Positions 61,227-64,000 of a DNA stretch of 64,000 nt are shown here, one piece after another. Origin of the DNA: a virus; IMG/VR virus record IMGVR_UViG_3300036832_000330, positions 1 to 64,000 of that record, one strand, 5' to 3'. Both the position numbers and the translations under genes were made by a program. The notes under the pieces are model-generated. The model saw nothing but the letters and a program-made list of their open reading frames with translations, searched no databases and was not told where the DNA came from. Positions within the stretch are counted from its first letter, which is position 1. Each line of letters opens with the position of its first letter.

Positions 61227-61474
61227 GTGAACTGATGGTCACCATCCCTCACCCGTTCGGGGACGTGACCATGCCCTTCACCCAGGCAGAGGCCGTGGGC
61301 CAGTGCATCGAGAAGCTGGCCTTCAAAGGCAAGGAAGCCACCTGGCACCGGGCCGAGTGCGCCTGCTGCATCGTCGTCCACGAGGCCGGCGTCGAACCCT
61401 GTTACGAGGGGTTCATCGTGGGCCGGGACGGTGCCTTCGACTGGGTCGAGCATGACCCAGTCGAAGAAAACTGA
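61223..61474 (+). CDS. Hypothetical protein
   Basis: ATGA coupling; CACC motif. Confidence 0.6.
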   Translation: MSELMVTIPHPFGDVTMPFTQAEAVGQCIEKLAFKGKEATWHRAECACCIVVHEAGVEPCYEGFIVGRDGAFDWVEHDPVEEN

Positions 61475-61489
61475 GGGTGTAAGCAGGAG

Positions 61490-61654
61490 CTACCAGTAGT
61501 ACCTCCGCGTGCCGGTGTAGCCGCCCCGGAAGGTCGGTGCCGCCCAGAACAGAGCTAGGCAGACGGCAGCCACGATCAGGATGACGCCGATGATCCAACT
61601 CACGAACAGCAAGCAGACCAAGCCGACGATGAGAAGCAATCCAGCTAGAGCCAT
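61490..61654 (-). CDS. Small 2-TM membrane protein
   Basis: Hand translation MALAGLLLIVGLVCLLFVSWIIGVILIVAAVCLALFW...GTRRYYW. Confidence 0.65.
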   Translation of the reverse strand: MALAGLLLIVGLVCLLFVSWIIGVILIVAAVCLALFWAAPTFRGGYTGTRRYYW

Positions 61655-61686
61655 GGGCAGTACTTACCCACAACTAGCCTTGGCAT

Positions 61687-61908
61687 ATGACTACTGCTCC
61701 CGCACCTGGACAGCCTGGTCAGCGTCGGTACTGGTACAACGCTCCCGCGGCGTACTCTCCCTTCCTCCGAGTGCTGGCCGTGGCATGTGTTATTGCCATC
61801 TTGATCGTCGGGATTCTCATCCTGGCTGACGACAAGGTGACCGTAGACCGAGTGGCCTCAGGATTCATCGCCACCGGAGTCTTGGGAGCCATCCTGGTCT
61901 TCCTCTGA
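61687..61908 (+). CDS. Small 2-TM membrane protein
   Basis: QRRYWYN, then two hydrophobic helices; TAGCCT leaderless start. Confidence 0.65.
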   Translation: MTTAPAPGQPGQRRYWYNAPAAYSPFLRVLAVACVIAILIVGILILADDKVTVDRVASGFIATGVLGAILVFL

Positions 61909-62055
61909 GTCGCTGCCCTGGTCGGACTCTTCCAGACGGGCTACGAGATCTTCCTTCTTGCCGGTCTTGGGCAGATCCCGCTCGGCTAGCTCGTCCTTCA
62001 ACTCAGCCACGGTCTGGCTCTCGTAGGGGGTCTCGGTTTCGTTCTCTTCGGGCAT
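61858..62055 (-). CDS. SAP-domain protein
   Basis: YESQTVAELKDELAERDLPKTGKKEDLVARL. Confidence 0.8.
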   Translation of the reverse strand: MPEENETETPYESQTVAELKDELAERDLPKTGKKEDLVARLEESDQGSDSEEDQDGSQDSGGDES

Positions 62056-62085
62056 GCCTCTACTCCTGCCCCTCTGGCCGGCGCG

Positions 62086-62343
62086 TCAATCAGCAGGGAT
62101 CAGGTTCTCCAGCATGCCCAGGCACGCCTCCAGGTGCAGGCGTAGCTCCAGTAGCTGATCGAGTTGGGTCTCTCGGTCATCGGCAAGCTGTCGGTACCGG
62201 GAGATGGTCTGGCCGCACTGCATGAGGATCAGGTCGACCTCGTTGACGAGTTCCGGCTCCCGCAGGGAGGCTGACCGGTCCCTGGCCTTCTTCCAGAACC
62301 CGGTGTCGCGTCGATCTCTTCGCCAGTCCTTAAGAACTGACAC
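62086..62343 (-). CDS. Hypothetical protein
   Basis: 85-aa helical ORF. Confidence 0.6.
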   Translation of the reverse strand: MSVLKDWRRDRRDTGFWKKARDRSASLREPELVNEVDLILMQCGQTISRYRQLADDRETQLDQLLELRLHLEACLGMLENLIPAD

Positions 62344-63160
62344 TGGCTGACTTGCCCACCCTGACCAGGCGTCGCCGCTGTGGAAGCTCGGTGATGGTGG
62401 CTAGCTCGGGCTTGCTCACCCGCTTCTTGGCCTCTCGCTCCTTGAGCCGCCTGGCTCGGGCCTTCTCCAGTTCCCTCTGCTTGGCCTTGTCAGCCGCCCT
62501 GGCCTCCTTGGACCCCGGCACCAGGCCGTCCTTCCTGGGACGGCCACGAGGCCGCTCGGAGGGGGTCTTGTTGGCTCCAGGAGGTGGGATGGAGAAGGCT
62601 GTCTTGGTGAAGGTGTGCCGGGGTCCGAACTTGGTCCGGGATCCCGGTGTGTTGAAGTCCAGGGTGGCCTTGGACTCCGACTCCAGGGGCACCGCCGGCA
62701 GGACGTACTGGGCCGGCTTGGTCTGCACCACGATCTTGAAGTCGCTGCCGGCCAGGGACAGGGCGTCCTGGACGTGAGCCGGCAGCCCGTTGGTTGGCCC
62801 GGTGTTGAAGATCGAGTTGGCCCACGCCTCGATGTCGGCCTGGGTCTTGATCTGCTTGTTCAGGAGGCCCTTGACCCTGATCCCCAGCTTCTCTAGTTGA
62901 GGGATGGTGTCAGGGAAGGCGGCTAGAAGCTCCAGGGCGTTCTGCCGCAGCTTGTCGACGCGCTCGGGGTTAGACGAGTACTCCATCCCCGGCCAGATGA
63001 CGGCAGTGTTCCTGAACCACGTCCAGGTGCCCCCGTTGTAGACCGGGATATAGCCCACTCTCCCCAGCTTGAGGCTGCCGTTGGAGGCAGTGATTTTTTG
63101 CCAAGCCTCAGTTCCGTTCAACTCCACTCTCCAGATCACTCGCTCTAGCCACGGCGTCAT
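62330..63160 (-). CDS. Hypothetical protein with AT-hook-like RPRGRPRK
   Basis: 276-aa ORF with a basic C-terminus. Confidence 0.7.
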   Translation of the reverse strand: MTPWLERVIWRVELNGTEAWQKITASNGSLKLGRVGYIPVYNGGTWTWFRNTAVIWPGMEYSSNPERVDKLRQNALELLAAFPDTIPQLEKLGIRVKGLLNKQIKTQADIEAWANSIFNTGPTNGLPAHVQDALSLAGSDFKIVVQTKPAQYVLPAVPLESESKATLDFNTPGSRTKFGPRHTFTKTAFSIPPPGANKTPSERPRGRPRKDGLVPGSKEARAADKAKQRELEKARARRLKEREAKKRVSKPELATITELPQRRRLVRVGKSASVSS

Positions 63161-63461
63161 GCCAGTCCCGCTCCAGGGGGGAGTCGCTCAGGATACGGGG
63201 TGGTTTCCCACGAATCCAGACGCCTGACGCGTAGGCATGATGTTTTTTCCTGAGCATGATACCCAGGCCGTGCCGCCAAGGAGGAGTGATCTCTCGGGTC
63301 AGGGCTACGGAGAGCCGGCGTTGCCAGGGGTTGGGCTGGCCGCTCCAGAAGTAGAAAATCGACCAGGACTTGGTGTTGTCAGGAACTGAGGAAGCGTCGG
63401 GGAGGTGGGGTAGTACCCAGTCGTTTTCCTCTGGGTCTCGGCTGTCGGGGTGGATCTCCAA
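63108..63461 (-). CDS. Hypothetical protein
   Basis: Fills the gap; start uncertain. Confidence 0.45.
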   Translation of the reverse strand: MEIHPDSRDPEENDWVLPHLPDASSVPDNTKSWSIFYFWSGQPNPWQRRLSVALTREITPPWRHGLGIMLRKKHHAYASGVWIRGKPPRILSDSPLERDWHDAVARASDLESGVERN

Positions 63462-63567
63462 GAGCTTTTTCGTTCTCTTCCAGGGCCTGGTCGATCTGGG
63501 CTAAAAGAGCGTCGATCCGCTCATTCAGCACCGGGGCTTTTTTGGGCGGATCGCACTTCTTCGCCAT
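63379..63567 (-). CDS. Small hypothetical protein
   Basis: MAKKCDPPKK..ERIDALLAQIDQALEEN. Confidence 0.5.
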   Translation of the reverse strand: MAKKCDPPKKAPVLNERIDALLAQIDQALEENEKALGDPPRQPRPRGKRLGTTPPPRRFLSS

Positions 63568-63569
63568 GG

Positions 63570-64000
63570 CTACTCAATGCTCCCCCAGCCGCCTTGACCG
63601 TAGGGGTAAGCGTTCAGGACGGCGTTGATGTATCGCCCAGGAGACTCCACCCGCTTGAAGCGGTTCCAGATCCTGGGGGGCACGTTGGAGTAGTGCCAGG
63701 GTGTGCCATCGCGGAAAATGACCTCCAGTTGTTGCAGGTTCCGGGAGTAGCGCGCCTGGAGGGTCCGGGGTCTAGGAGGGTTGATCGTCCTGGTGGGCCA
63801 GTAGTAGTCCCAGGCCGGATCCGGGGTGGGGCCGAATGGCCCCTGGGTGCCGTGTGGCTCCTCGTCGGAGACCAGGGGGAAGTCCTCAGGCCGCACGTAC
63901 TGGGGGTGCAGCTTGAGCATGGCGTTACGGGCGCGCTCCTCCCGTGCCTGGGAGTAGCTGTCGTAGCCGCGGGCCTTCTCCCGCTCGTTGCGGACTGCGT
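63570..64000 (-). CDS. KTSC-domain protein (probably starts beyond the window)
   Basis: ARYS...QQLEVIFRDG..WHY.NVP..IW..F....SPGRYIN; the frame is open to the window end. Confidence 0.8.
   Translation of the reverse strand, partial: AVRNEREKARGYDSYSQAREERARNAMLKLHPQYVRPEDFPLVSDEEPHGTQGPFGPTPDPAWDYYWPTRTINPPRPRTLQARYSRNLQQLEVIFRDGTPWHYSNVPPRIWNRFKRVESPGRYINAVLNAYPYGQGGWGSIE

Noticed and set aside
1-64000. tRNA genes, integrase, alternative genetic code
   Set aside because: No cloverleaf or T-loop pattern or recombinase was noticed by eye. Core genes are intact in code 11 and use all three stop codons.

Overview
GC-rich fragment of a lytic, contractile-tailed (myovirus-type) phage genome. The host is almost certainly actinobacterial: two WhiB genes, many leaderless TANNNT promoters and a CRP/GlxR box. 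Positions 1-18577 are a leftward replication/recombination arm: RuvC-like and Hjc-like resolvases, Cas4-like exonuclease, WhiB x2, RecA, family-A DNA polymerase, SSB, SNF2 helicase, primase, DnaB, DnaC-like loader and a ParB-like insert. After a divergent control region (18578-18899) comes the virion arm: terminase, small 'cargo-like' proteins, portal, HExxH protein, scaffold and N4-gp56-type capsid. An inverted block (29939-36370) holds the lysis and neck genes. The tail operon follows: terminator, sheath, tube, chaperone with a probable +1 frameshift, tape measure-lysozyme, NlpC/P60, LysM, hub, gp5-collagen spike, two fibres and four tandem C1q-like cassettes. Positions 54500-64000 carry small accessory genes (IPT/TIG, SAP x2, PC4-like, KTSC). 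No tRNA, CRISPR array, integrase or transposase was seen. The most unusual signal is a set of short peptide motifs, each shared by otherwise unrelated proteins: (L)FHDRRxEGxR, MSHEALNxEQF, QGxLF and terminal P..RR(L/V)VR. These suggest a phage-encoded protein address-label (targeting) system. All product calls come from manual motif recognition; no database search was run.
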